From Pseudomonadota bacterium (GTDB lineage Bacteria > Pseudomonadota > Gammaproteobacteria > Burkholderiales > Burkholderiaceae_D), in NCBI GenBank assembly GCA_046728335.1, contig JBKPEJ010000023.1, forward strand, positions 208,151 through 240,150: a stretch of DNA of 32,000 bases, given 5' to 3'. Shown here piece by piece: positions 17,988-26,312 of this stretch (the first letter of the stretch is position 1; each line of letters starts with the position of its first letter). Under the pieces are notes generated by a model. The model worked only from the letters and a program-made list of their open reading frames with translations. It was not told the origin of the DNA and made no database searches. Position numbers and translations under genes: made by a program.

Positions 17988-17992
17988 TCTTT

Positions 17993-19180
17993 ATGGCATA
18001 CGACACCGTCGCAATTAGATCGCCGTACCTGGGCGAATCGGAAATTAACCATATTGAATTGCAGTGTTTTCGTCGCACAGGCGTCGAAATGACTACGGGA
18101 CACGAAAAATACGTGATTTTCACTGGTGAATTGGAGTCGTCCGCTGATGCTCGCATCGGACTTGTGGTCAAGCGAAAAGAGTATGTGCTGGATCAGAACG
18201 GACGACCGGCTGAGGTCGAGTGCGATCCATACCTACTTGTCGAAGCATCTGTTCACAAGATGCAGCTCGGGCACAACATCTACGGCGGTCCAACAAACTT
18301 TCAGAAAGCCTGCCGCGAACTGGTCACGTTAATCGAACGACTGCTCGAAGTCGAATTGCCGAGAGCCGATGTATGGACTGTGCGTCGGACGGATGTCGCC
18401 CTCGTATTCCGAGTAGCGGAAGAAGGATGTAAGGAATTTTTTGCGGGAATGAAGAATTCAAATTTTCCACGACGGGGACGCGGGAAAGCGTTCTACAACA
18501 TGGGGTTCTATTTTCCTGGGAAGACGACGACTCTCAAGGGATACCACAAAGGCACAGAGTTCGCCCTTCACGACAAGGCGCGGCTTCGGGGGTTTTACCG
18601 GAACTACTTCATGTACAAGTTTGGAAAAAATGATCTAAGAAATCATGAGCGCCTTGAAAAAAAGATTGAGGCGCTCCAACGACTTGCGAATAGTCGCTTG
18701 CGCTTGGAAGTGGAGATCCACGCGCCGAAGCTTGAATACGATTTTGGGAAATGTCCACGGGTTGATGAGGTATCGGATGCGTATTTGCAGCAAGTCTTCG
18801 ACACGGAAGTCGAGAAGCTGCTCAGGGAAGGAAAACAAGGTATGGACAGCGTAAGGACGAACAGAGCGGTGCTTCGCAGATTGAAAGAGGTGTACGGGGA
18901 TTTGAATGGCCAGAGGCTGCACGGATTTTGGTCGATGCTTTCAACAGAGGGAGATGAATTTACGCGAGGCGAGGTGCCAAGGGCGTCTTTCTATCGATAC
19001 CGAAAGCAACTGGAAGAGGCGGGCGTGTCCTGGCGAAATACAGATTTGAAGGTGATTGCAAACGATGGCGCTTTGCCGTTCGATTTCGCTCCGATTCGAT
19101 CAGATAGGCGATTGTGCTTTTTACCGGCGCGCAATCGTGAGGAGTATCAAGTAAGCCGGAAAATGTTGCAAGCAGCGTAA
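17993..19180 (+). CDS. Filamentous-phage replication initiation protein (gene II / Phage_CRI-like)
   Basis: 395 aa from the ATG at 17993. The N-terminus MAYDTVAIRSPYL is of the type seen in gene II/X-family rolling-circle initiators. It lies directly upstream of the ssDNA-binding and coat genes, as in Cf/Lf/RSS-type inoviruses. Confidence 0.65.
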   Translation: MAYDTVAIRSPYLGESEINHIELQCFRRTGVEMTTGHEKYVIFTGELESSADARIGLVVKRKEYVLDQNGRPAEVECDPYLLVEASVHKMQLGHNIYGGPTNFQKACRELVTLIERLLEVELPRADVWTVRRTDVALVFRVAEEGCKEFFAGMKNSNFPRRGRGKAFYNMGFYFPGKTTTLKGYHKGTEFALHDKARLRGFYRNYFMYKFGKNDLRNHERLEKKIEALQRLANSRLRLEVEIHAPKLEYDFGKCPRVDEVSDAYLQQVFDTEVEKLLREGKQGMDSVRTNRAVLRRLKEVYGDLNGQRLHGFWSMLSTEGDEFTRGEVPRASFYRYRKQLEEAGVSWRNTDLKVIANDGALPFDFAPIRSDRRLCFLPARNREEYQVSRKMLQAA

Positions 19181-19191
19181 GGAGATTTGTG

Positions 19192-19536
19192 ATGGCGGAA
19201 TCGAATGCAGTAGTGAAGTTGGAAGAAAAGAAGAACCACAGTGCCGTGAAGGCGATGCATGTAATGGTCACTGGACGTATCGAAGGGTCGAAATCATATG
19301 ACGGGAAGCGATACACGCAGGTGATGACGCCGGCCCCCGATGCCTACTCCCGGCCGCAGTTGGTCGAAATTCGAAGCAAATCGAAGCTTGGCGAAAAAGG
19401 CGAAGAGATTTCTTGCCAGTGTGTATTGGGAGGATTTCAGCGCAAGCCTTACGAAACGAAGGACAAACAGTCCGGCGAGATTGTCAAAGTCGTCCCGGTC
19501 GAGCACACGCTCGATCTCGCTGAGGCGAGTGACTAA
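19192..19536 (+). CDS. Putative ssDNA-binding protein (gene V-like)
   Basis: 114 aa with a strong RBS (TAAGGAG, 7 nt upstream). Its size and its position between rep and the coat genes match inovirus g5p. I recognise no motif. Confidence 0.45.
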   Translation: MAESNAVVKLEEKKNHSAVKAMHVMVTGRIEGSKSYDGKRYTQVMTPAPDAYSRPQLVEIRSKSKLGEKGEEISCQCVLGGFQRKPYETKDKQSGEIVKVVPVEHTLDLAEASD

Positions 19537-19548
19537 GGAAGATCGGAT

Positions 19549-19812
19549 ATGGCCGTGGGGCAGACGCAAACCATCTTGATATGCGCGGCATCGGATGTAG
19601 CGCAAGCGCCGTGCCCAGCAGGTATGGCCCTGACAACCGTTCAAGGATATGTACTTGACCCCAACCAAGCTGGGAACATCGAAGCGCAAAACGCCGAGTT
19701 TGACTACGCGTACGCAGCGGGAATTTGGTCGATGGCATTTACGTTTGTTGTCGGTCTCTATCTCGTTGCTAAGTCGGCCGGCACGGTGATGAACGCTATA
19801 CGCAATTTGTAG
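19549..19812 (+). CDS. Small phage membrane protein (minor coat/assembly candidate)
   Basis: 87 aa with RBS AAGGAAG and a C-terminal TM helix (IWSMAFTFVVGLYLVA). Confidence 0.55.
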   Translation: MAVGQTQTILICAASDVAQAPCPAGMALTTVQGYVLDPNQAGNIEAQNAEFDYAYAAGIWSMAFTFVVGLYLVAKSAGTVMNAIRNL

Positions 19813-19857
19813 TACTGGCCGGGCAGTTTCCCGGTATTTCAATCGTAGGGGTATCAC

Positions 19858-20076
19858 ATGAACAAAAACATTCAACGCGGTTTGGCACTGGTCGGCGCTT
19901 TGGGCTTTTCGGCGATGGCTTCGGCGCAAGCGGCTGGTCCGGACATGACCGGCCTGACCTCGGCCGTTGATTTCGGCACTGTCACCACGGCCATCATGGC
20001 AATCGCCGGTCTGCTCGCGGTCGTGTATGTGGCGATCAAGGGCGCCCGTATCGGCCTGTCAATGCTCAAGCGCTAA
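19858..20076 (+). CDS. Inovirus major coat protein (g8p/CoaB-like)
   Basis: 72 aa with a signal peptide ending ASA-QA. The mature peptide has an acidic N-terminus (D,D), a hydrophobic core (AIMAIAGLLAVVYVAI) and a basic C-terminus (KGARIGLSMLKR). A strong terminator follows, as after gene VIII in Ff phages. Confidence 0.85.
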   Translation: MNKNIQRGLALVGALGFSAMASAQAAGPDMTGLTSAVDFGTVTTAIMAIAGLLAVVYVAIKGARIGLSMLKR

Positions 20077-20096
20077 GGCGGCGGCGCTCGATGGCG

Positions 20097-20122
20097 GGGG
20101 TGCTTCGTGCACCCCTTTTTTT
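20097..20122 (+). terminator. Rho-independent terminator after the major coat gene
   Basis: ggggtgc-ttcgt-gcacccc followed by T7, 20 nt after the stop. Confidence 0.85.
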
Positions 20123-20162
20123 CGAATGAATTTCGCGGAGGGGAAATTTCTAAGGGGGCGTG

Positions 20163-20249
20163 ATGACTATCAACCAGCTTTGGTATTTCGGCGTGTTTGT
20201 TTGGGGTCTTGTGTCCGCGTGGGCGGTTATTGAGGGATTGAAGGATTGA
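20163..20249 (+). CDS. Unlisted 28-aa hydrophobic peptide (g7p/g9p-like minor coat or PfsE-like exclusion peptide candidate)
   Basis: The ATG at 20163 is preceded by AAGGGGG. It translates as MTINQLWYFGVFVWGLVSAWAVIEGLKD, a single aromatic-rich TM helix. The stop at 20247-20249 lies 2 nt before the g3p-like ATG. It is below the 60-aa cut-off of the ORF track. Confidence 0.5.
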   Translation: MTINQLWYFGVFVWGLVSAWAVIEGLKD

Positions 20250-20251
20250 AC

Positions 20252-21610
20252 ATGAGAGTTTTTTTTCTGTGGGTATTTCTCGCTATCTTCTCGGCGGGAC
20301 AGGTGCGTGCTGCGGCTGTTCCAGTATCGCGTACTCAGAATGCGCTTTCGGGCGTAATTCAAACCAAAATGGCAAATCGCGGATTTGCTGCAAACGATCC
20401 TCGCTGGGTTACAACGCTCCAGACTGTTGGATCGGGCATAGGAGGCGCTGCCGCCGCTGCTGCCGTGGTTACTCTTGCTGGTGTTACAGCTCCTGCCTGG
20501 GTGACCGCTGGCGCGGTTGTGGGATTGACAGCGCTGTTCGCGGCGGGAATTGATTTGGCAATCGACGGCGTCCGCTGGCTACTAAATCCGGATGGCACTG
20601 TGACTGTGGGCGTAACGGGCGCTGGTGGTGGCTCGCTGCTCGTGGGTGGCGCTTTTGTACGAGGTTCGGCTGGTGGCTATTACCCTGCGCCGCACACTAA
20701 GGATCAGGCTGCAGATGATTGGGCGAGACTGTGCGGGAACTCGACCGAATGCGGGTTCGAACTGAAATTAGATAAGGTCACACAAGGCACGAGTGGGTCG
20801 GATGTAATCTTTACATCTGTCTACGATGTTTGGGATCCTCGCGGGTTCATGGTGACCAACTTCGGCTTGACCGAATACCCAAGGGGCTCGCCGGTATCTT
20901 GTGGTCCGGGTCTTGTGTACTTCCAAGGCAATTGCGTAACGATGAAAACTCCGCCGACCGGCCCGACACCGAAGCCGGTCTCGGATGCTGTAGCAAGTAT
21001 TTCGGCAGCGGACAAGGGCAGGGCTGCAAATCCGATTTTGATCGCCGCGCTGGCAAACGCTGCTTGGCAAAAAGCAGCGGCTTCACCTGGCTACGCTGGG
21101 CTGCCCTACGACCCGGCAAATCCGATTACGGCAGGTGATGCGACAGTGTGGCAGGCGCAGAATCCCACCAATTGGCCCAGCGTCGGGGATCTTGTAATGC
21201 CACAGGCCGCGCCCGCGGGTGGCACCGCATCGACTCCGTTCACACTGCCCACGGACACGTCGCCCGTTTCCAGCACCGATCCCTCAACTTCCCCAAGCGC
21301 TGGAATCAATCCTTCGACGCAGCCTTTAATTAACCTGGGCGTCGATCCGGGTATTGGGGCCCCTGTGCTGGAATCGACGCCAACTGCACAAGCGATTCTT
21401 TCGCCTGTGCTTGGGTTGTTACCGTCGTTGAAGACCTTTGTGGTTCCTGCTCACCAGTCCACTTGTCCAGTTGGTTCAGCGAACCTGTTCGGTAAGCAGT
21501 TATTGCTCGACGGTCACTGTGCGCTGACCGAAGGAGCACGCCCAACGCTTTATCCGGTCATGGCGTTCGTGTGGTTGTTCGTCGCACTTTTAATCATCCT
21601 CGCCGCGTAA
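20252..21610 (+). CDS. Minor coat/adsorption protein (g3p/CoaA-like)
   Basis: Signal peptide MRVFFLWVFLAIFSAGQVRA, Gly/Ala-rich and Pro/Ser/Thr-rich linkers, and a C-terminal membrane anchor (VMAFVWLFVALLIILAA). It lies directly after the major coat gene. The ATG at 20252 is preceded by AAGGA. Confidence 0.7.
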   Translation: MRVFFLWVFLAIFSAGQVRAAAVPVSRTQNALSGVIQTKMANRGFAANDPRWVTTLQTVGSGIGGAAAAAAVVTLAGVTAPAWVTAGAVVGLTALFAAGIDLAIDGVRWLLNPDGTVTVGVTGAGGGSLLVGGAFVRGSAGGYYPAPHTKDQAADDWARLCGNSTECGFELKLDKVTQGTSGSDVIFTSVYDVWDPRGFMVTNFGLTEYPRGSPVSCGPGLVYFQGNCVTMKTPPTGPTPKPVSDAVASISAADKGRAANPILIAALANAAWQKAAASPGYAGLPYDPANPITAGDATVWQAQNPTNWPSVGDLVMPQAAPAGGTASTPFTLPTDTSPVSSTDPSTSPSAGINPSTQPLINLGVDPGIGAPVLESTPTAQAILSPVLGLLPSLKTFVVPAHQSTCPVGSANLFGKQLLLDGHCALTEGARPTLYPVMAFVWLFVALLIILAA

Positions 21611-21623
21611 TCGGAGGCATCAA

Positions 21624-21911
21624 ATGTTTGGAATTGTTCTCTCTGCACTCAACGTCCTACTCGGCTTCATCTTCCGTTCGGTTGTAATCAAGTTTGCTGT
21701 GTTTTTCGGCCTCTTCTTTGTGACCACCGAATTCATCTCGGTTCTTTCAGGGCTGCTGCCCACCAGTAGCGCGCTGACAGGCTCGCTCGGTGGCATTCCC
21801 GCTGGCGTTTGGTACTTCCTCGATCTATTCAATGTGTCTGCGGGTTTGCCGATGTTGCTGTCCGCTTGGGCCACTCGATTCATCATCCGCCGCATCCCAG
21901 TGATTGGATAA
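21624..21911 (+). CDS. g6p-like minor coat membrane protein (DUF2523-type)
   Basis: 95 aa with GGAGG RBS and three hydrophobic segments. Its position between the g3p-like and Zot genes is as in Pf and related phages. Confidence 0.7.
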   Translation: MFGIVLSALNVLLGFIFRSVVIKFAVFFGLFFVTTEFISVLSGLLPTSSALTGSLGGIPAGVWYFLDLFNVSAGLPMLLSAWATRFIIRRIPVIG

Positions 21912-21915
21912 TTTC

Positions 21916-22068
21916 ATGAGCCCCTCTATGACCTACACATGGGATTGGCTGCAAGAGCTTTCTCAGATGTGCACGTTCTCCTTCTCCGATTATTTGGTGT
22001 GTTGCTGTGTGATCGGAGTTGGGGTGCTGGCTTGGGGAACTTGGCGAAGGAGCTGCCGTGCCGATTAA
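21916..22068 (+). CDS. Possible 50-aa Cys-rich small membrane ORF overlapping the zot start
   Basis: MSPSMTYTWDWLQELSQMCTFSFSDYLVCCCVIGVGVLAWGTWRRSCRAD. No clear RBS. It fills the 146-nt gap between the g6p-like and zot genes. Confidence 0.25.
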   Translation: MSPSMTYTWDWLQELSQMCTFSFSDYLVCCCVIGVGVLAWGTWRRSCRAD

Positions 22069-23212
22069 CGTATACACCGGGCTGATGCGATCAGGAAAAA
22101 GCTACGAAGTTGTATCGGAAGTCATCGTGCCTGCAATTCGTTCAGGGCGCAGAGTCGTGACAAATGTTGACGGCATCTCCGAGGAGAAGATACACGACTA
22201 CCTACGGTCCTTGCATTCTACCGACGACGATTCGTTGTTCGGGAAAGTAATACACGTCGAGAACGCGCAGGTGTTCGATGAGGAATTCTTCCCTTACTAC
22301 GATGATGCCAAAGGTGTTCACACCGACACGACCGTGCAGCCAGGTGATCTCGTCTGCATCGACGAAGCATGGCGATTTTGGGGAGCGTCAGGCAGCAAAA
22401 TTCATAAGAATCATAAATCGTTCTTCCTGGAACACGGCCATTTCACGCACGAGAAGACGAAGGTCGCCTGTGACTTGGTGCTGATGATCCAAGATATGTC
22501 CACCTTGAATCGGTTCGTCAAGAACGTCGTCGCGTTCAACTTTAGAACCCACAAGAAGGTTGCGTTGGGGATGGGGAACACCTACAGCCTGAATATGTGG
22601 GAAGGGCACAAGCAGTCCAACGCGACACTTATTGGAAATTGGGTACGACGGTACAAAAAGGAGGTATTCCCGCTGTATTCGAGCTTCAAGGGTGGCGCGC
22701 AAGGCGTCATGGTTAATGCTGATCGGCGCCAAAATATATTCACAAATAGAAAGCTGTGGTTCCTAGTTGTTGTCCTGGTGGCTGGCGGCTGGCTTGCCGG
22801 CACGAACATATGGAAGTTTTTTCATCCTGCTCCGGTTGGCAAAGACGGCAAGCCTCTTTCCTCGACCGTCGCGAGTGTGAATAGCTCGTCTGCTCGGCAA
22901 TCAGCACTTCCAGCCGGTGCGGGGACAGCACGGGCATCCAGTGGCATCGCCGTCATCGTTCCGGTAAGCGACGACTGGCGACTCGCAGGAACGTACAGCA
23001 CGAACGGAGAAAATTGGGTAGTCCTTACAAATGCGGCCGGAGCAATCAGAGTAGCGTCGCCGTCGCAGTTCCAAAATTTCGGAATCGCGCAAATTGGTGA
23101 GGTTGACGGCGCCAGAGTTAGTCAGTGGTCCGGGCCGTCGCGCACAATTTCCGGATCGAGCACGGTTAGCGCCCCCGGTGCAGCCGCCGCGCCCGTTTTT
23201 TTTAAGAAGTGA
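22058..23212 (+). CDS. Zonula occludens toxin-like assembly ATPase (g1p)
   Basis: N-terminal P-loop INVYTGLMRSGKSYEVV, Walker B-like LVCIDEAW, and a central TM helix (LWFLVVVLVAGGWLAG), as in g1p/Zot. I place the start at the GTG at 22058, 5 nt after GAAGGAG; the track TTG at 22019 is less likely. Confidence 0.85.
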   Translation: MPINVYTGLMRSGKSYEVVSEVIVPAIRSGRRVVTNVDGISEEKIHDYLRSLHSTDDDSLFGKVIHVENAQVFDEEFFPYYDDAKGVHTDTTVQPGDLVCIDEAWRFWGASGSKIHKNHKSFFLEHGHFTHEKTKVACDLVLMIQDMSTLNRFVKNVVAFNFRTHKKVALGMGNTYSLNMWEGHKQSNATLIGNWVRRYKKEVFPLYSSFKGGAQGVMVNADRRQNIFTNRKLWFLVVVLVAGGWLAGTNIWKFFHPAPVGKDGKPLSSTVASVNSSSARQSALPAGAGTARASSGIAVIVPVSDDWRLAGTYSTNGENWVVLTNAAGAIRVASPSQFQNFGIAQIGEVDGARVSQWSGPSRTISGSSTVSAPGAAAAPVFFKK

Positions 23213-23215
23213 ACG

Positions 23216-24496
23216 ATGAATAGAATTCTGTCCCTCTGCGTGCTGCTGTTTTCGCTGTCCGGGCTCGCCACAGCCACGCCGTCCGTACCTGCGGCTTCGA
23301 GCGCTCTGTTACCAACAAAATTCGATTTTCGCGGTGTTAACGTCGCGTCTGTTGTCCAGCTGATCTATGCTGAAGCGCTACATGAATCGTATGTGATAGA
23401 TCCGGAAGTGCTCATAGATGCGCGTACGGTATCGTTTCGATTTGAGGGGAAAAAACGTGACGTCCCAGTTTTTGTAACGGCCTTTTTTGATTCGCTCGGG
23501 TTGACGGTGATCCGAAGAGGTGGCATCGATTTCATCGCAAAAAAATCTCCGTCAATCGCTGCTCCTGGCAAAGAGGCGGAAGTGTTCATCTACCGACCTC
23601 GCTTCCGCGATGGCGCATATCTAGTGGAACTCTTGTCGCCGCTTGTTTCAGGCTCGTTCACTTCTAAGCGAGCCGTGCATGGATCAATCGTTGGAGACAG
23701 CGCAGCGACTGACAAAGTTGCACCCATGGGTTCCGCCGCCGCGTCAGTAGACCGCCAAACTGACACTTTGGTTTTTACAGGTTCGTTAGAGGACGTTGTG
23801 AAGCTTAAGAAGGTCTTGCCGCAGGTGGATCTTCCAGTCGGCGATGTCCTCGTTCGCGGGGTGTTGTACGAGGTGCAGACCGACGAAAAAAGCGGGTCTG
23901 CATTTGGGTTGGCGTTAAATCTGTTGCGCGGGTCGGTCAAGTTAGGGCTGGGACCGCTGACAACTTCACCTGGTGAAGCCTTCGTCGCTTTAAGGAACAA
24001 CACCATAGAGGCGGTCGTATCTGTGCTCGCCCAAGACTCTCGCTTCAAGGCTGTTTCGAGACCGATGTTGCGCGTCACCTCCGGCGGTGCAGGGCGCTTC
24101 ACTGTCGGACAGGATGTGCCCGTCTTGGGCTCGGTTAGCTATCCCGGCTCAGGACAAGCACCAGTGCAGTCGGTGACGTATCAATCCAGCGGCGTTATCT
24201 ACGACGTTAGGCCAGTCGTACATGATGCTTCAATCGAAGTCTCGGTGATGCAGCAGACATCGAACTTTGTCCCAACAAACACGGGAGTTGCTGGGTCTCC
24301 CACCCTTATTAAGCGAGAACTCAAATCCAATCTAAGTCTGACCGATGGAGAGATAGCGGTGATGGGGGGCTTGCGGGATTTAAAGGAAGCTCGGTCGAGC
24401 GAAGGGCTTTCGTTCCTTCCGTCCTTCTTGCGCACAAAGTTGGGCGAGAAGACCAGCGTGGAAATCCTGTTGATCCTTCAAGTAACGAAACTCTGA
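23216..24496 (+). CDS. Phage-encoded secretin (g4p-like)
   Basis: 426 aa with a signal peptide. The C-terminal secretin-domain pattern is present (GQDVPVLGS ... SNLSLTDGEIAVMGGLRD ... PSFL). It starts 4 nt after the zot stop. Confidence 0.8.
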   Translation: MNRILSLCVLLFSLSGLATATPSVPAASSALLPTKFDFRGVNVASVVQLIYAEALHESYVIDPEVLIDARTVSFRFEGKKRDVPVFVTAFFDSLGLTVIRRGGIDFIAKKSPSIAAPGKEAEVFIYRPRFRDGAYLVELLSPLVSGSFTSKRAVHGSIVGDSAATDKVAPMGSAAASVDRQTDTLVFTGSLEDVVKLKKVLPQVDLPVGDVLVRGVLYEVQTDEKSGSAFGLALNLLRGSVKLGLGPLTTSPGEAFVALRNNTIEAVVSVLAQDSRFKAVSRPMLRVTSGGAGRFTVGQDVPVLGSVSYPGSGQAPVQSVTYQSSGVIYDVRPVVHDASIEVSVMQQTSNFVPTNTGVAGSPTLIKRELKSNLSLTDGEIAVMGGLRDLKEARSSEGLSFLPSFLRTKLGEKTSVEILLILQVTKL

Positions 24497-24627
24497 ACGT
24501 CGGGGCAACTCGTCGAGGTAACGTCGAGACGGCCAGATGCAATTCCTGCCGCTGTCCACACTTGGCGTGAATAGCATCGTTGCCCGCTAGTAATTTCGCG
24601 GAGGCGAAACTTTGGTCGCCGAAATAA

Positions 24628-24834
24628 TTAGCCCTTGGTCGCTTTGATTGCGGCCGCGAGTGCCAGGATTAGCTCCTGTTGCTCTGCGCTCGAGATTTCG
24701 CCGTTGATATACCGATCATTGATTGCTTGGGCTTCCGGGCCTATCGTAAATCCTTCCAGCCGCACATTAGCCGTTGCAAAAGCGACAGCGCGTGCCCGTT
24801 TGGCCTTTTCTTCGGGAGAAATTGCGCTAGTCAT
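24628..24834 (-). CDS. VbhA-like antitoxin domain protein (orphan; no Fic partner in the window)
   Basis: 68 aa from the ATG at 24834. RARAVAFATANVRLEGFTIGPEAQAINDRYINGEIS matches the VbhA-family pattern (..A.asvrLEG........l..y..GEis). The 38-codon N-terminal extension in the track looks spurious. Confidence 0.6.
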   Translation of the reverse strand: MTSAISPEEKAKRARAVAFATANVRLEGFTIGPEAQAINDRYINGEISSAEQQELILALAAAIKATKG

Positions 24835-25227
24835 ATGGGGCCTTGTAAATGGAATTTCACGGCAGCGAAAGGCCGGTTCACCTTGTCGTCCACGTAGCTT
24901 TTCGTCAGATTGCACGGATGATGCGACATTTTGCCCGATACCGTGCAAACGAGTGTGGCTAATTCATCTCACTGGGGAGGTGAGCGACAACGGTTTCGTT
25001 GACAAATTAGCTTAGTCGGTCAACACGGCAGGCGCAACTGATACGTCAGGGGGCGGGGATCATTATTTCTTCATGGCAATTGATTGCCTCTCGATAAATC
25101 TTTCCGAAAAAACCCATTTGTGAGATGATATTTGGTCATAAGCGGGAACTACAGAGTGTCACCGCTACCTAGGGGAAGTGCGCGGCCCGCGATCACGCGC
25201 AAAATTAAAGCTTTTGATGGATGTAAT

Positions 25228-26307
25228 ATGAGCCAGCTTCCTCCGGTAGTTCCAACTCTTTCGGTTGACGAACTCGTGTCTGCATTGGAACTTCGGACAT
25301 CGTGGACTTTGATCAGGAAGGCGCTGAAGTTGCAGAAGCTGCCAGTCGGTCTGGGTTGGAAGGATCTGAAAGGGCACGCGGCGGAGAACAACGCCGTAGG
25401 CGCAAAAATCCGTGTTTTTTTACAAGAGTATTTTGAAGAGTCAATCATAACTGGCGAGCGCTTCGTTCAACTATACAGCGTTGAGAAGGGTTTGGTTTCC
25501 AGCATAGTTTCGACAGCAAAGACTGTAACTGTGCCATCGTCCGCATTCTCAGCAAAGTACCCACTTCCTCTGGATGTGAATATTCTGTCTGGTGCACCAA
25601 GCGACCCGACCCTCTGTGGCGTGCGTACTCATACGAACGGCGACATATCGTTTATCTTTTGTTCTGCTGGCTACTATGACGACAAAAACTCATACGACTA
25701 TGGTCAGCTCTCAGCACTTGTGCAACAGACTTACAGCGGTATTGATAAGCTAATTACTGTCCGCAAGTCGTACTATCAAGCGTATGACGTGATAACGCTC
25801 CGGGTGGGACTGGAGCGTCTGGAAATTTCAGTCGATCAGCCGGGCAGACTCGGGTCTGCACGTCTCGAAACGAGGCCTATGGAAATTCTTAGCGCGTGCG
25901 CTTTGTCCGTCCAGCAGCTTCAAGGATTTGGAGCGCGTCCGCCGGAAAACTTGTTCGCCGCCATCTCGTCGATGTACAGCGCAGCTAACGAAGGAAAGGT
26001 TACCGCCTTGGCGTTTCGTACAACAACCGGCTCGGTGAAGCGAGAGCGAATGACCACTTCTAGTGATGATCTGCGCGACGAACGATTCCACCATGCAGGT
26101 ATGGTCGCCGTTGGACAGGACATCAAACCGTACGAACTCGAACTCGAATGGAACTTCACTTTGCCCGATGGCAGCGCTGACCTGAAACTTGCAGGGATGT
26201 TGAGTCAACTGGCATCGGCAACTCCTACACTTCATGGCTGCTACGTTTCCGCTCACCAGTCCAGTTCGTTCGAGAAGGCACTGAATCGTTTGGTTACTTA
26301 TATCTGA
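25228..26307 (+). CDS. Hypothetical protein, cargo cassette gene A (no recognisable domain)
   Basis: 359 aa from the ATG at 25228 (the track TTG at 25132 is less likely). I see no P-loop or other catalytic motif. Confidence 0.6.
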   Translation: MSQLPPVVPTLSVDELVSALELRTSWTLIRKALKLQKLPVGLGWKDLKGHAAENNAVGAKIRVFLQEYFEESIITGERFVQLYSVEKGLVSSIVSTAKTVTVPSSAFSAKYPLPLDVNILSGAPSDPTLCGVRTHTNGDISFIFCSAGYYDDKNSYDYGQLSALVQQTYSGIDKLITVRKSYYQAYDVITLRVGLERLEISVDQPGRLGSARLETRPMEILSACALSVQQLQGFGARPPENLFAAISSMYSAANEGKVTALAFRTTTGSVKRERMTTSSDDLRDERFHHAGMVAVGQDIKPYELELEWNFTLPDGSADLKLAGMLSQLASATPTLHGCYVSAHQSSSFEKALNRLVTYI

Positions 26308-26312
26308 ATATT

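Noticed and set aside
19294-19929. 211-aa minus-strand ORF antisense to the phage ssb/small protein/coat genes. Similarly 23590-24102 (antisense to the secretin gene), 25828-26319 (antisense to cassette gene A) and 24635-25015 (antisense to the VbhA-like gene).
   Set aside because: The sense-strand genes have RBSs, tight operon spacing and recognisable features. The antisense ORFs have none.
25075-25088. A 6-2-6 inverted repeat, ggcaat-tg-attgcc, and a TTGACA hexamer (~25000) in the 393-bp spacer upstream of the cargo cassette.
   Set aside because: It is plausibly a promoter/operator for the cassette or the divergent VbhA-like gene. A single short dyad and an isolated -35-like hexamer are too weak to call without a matching -10 or experimental data.
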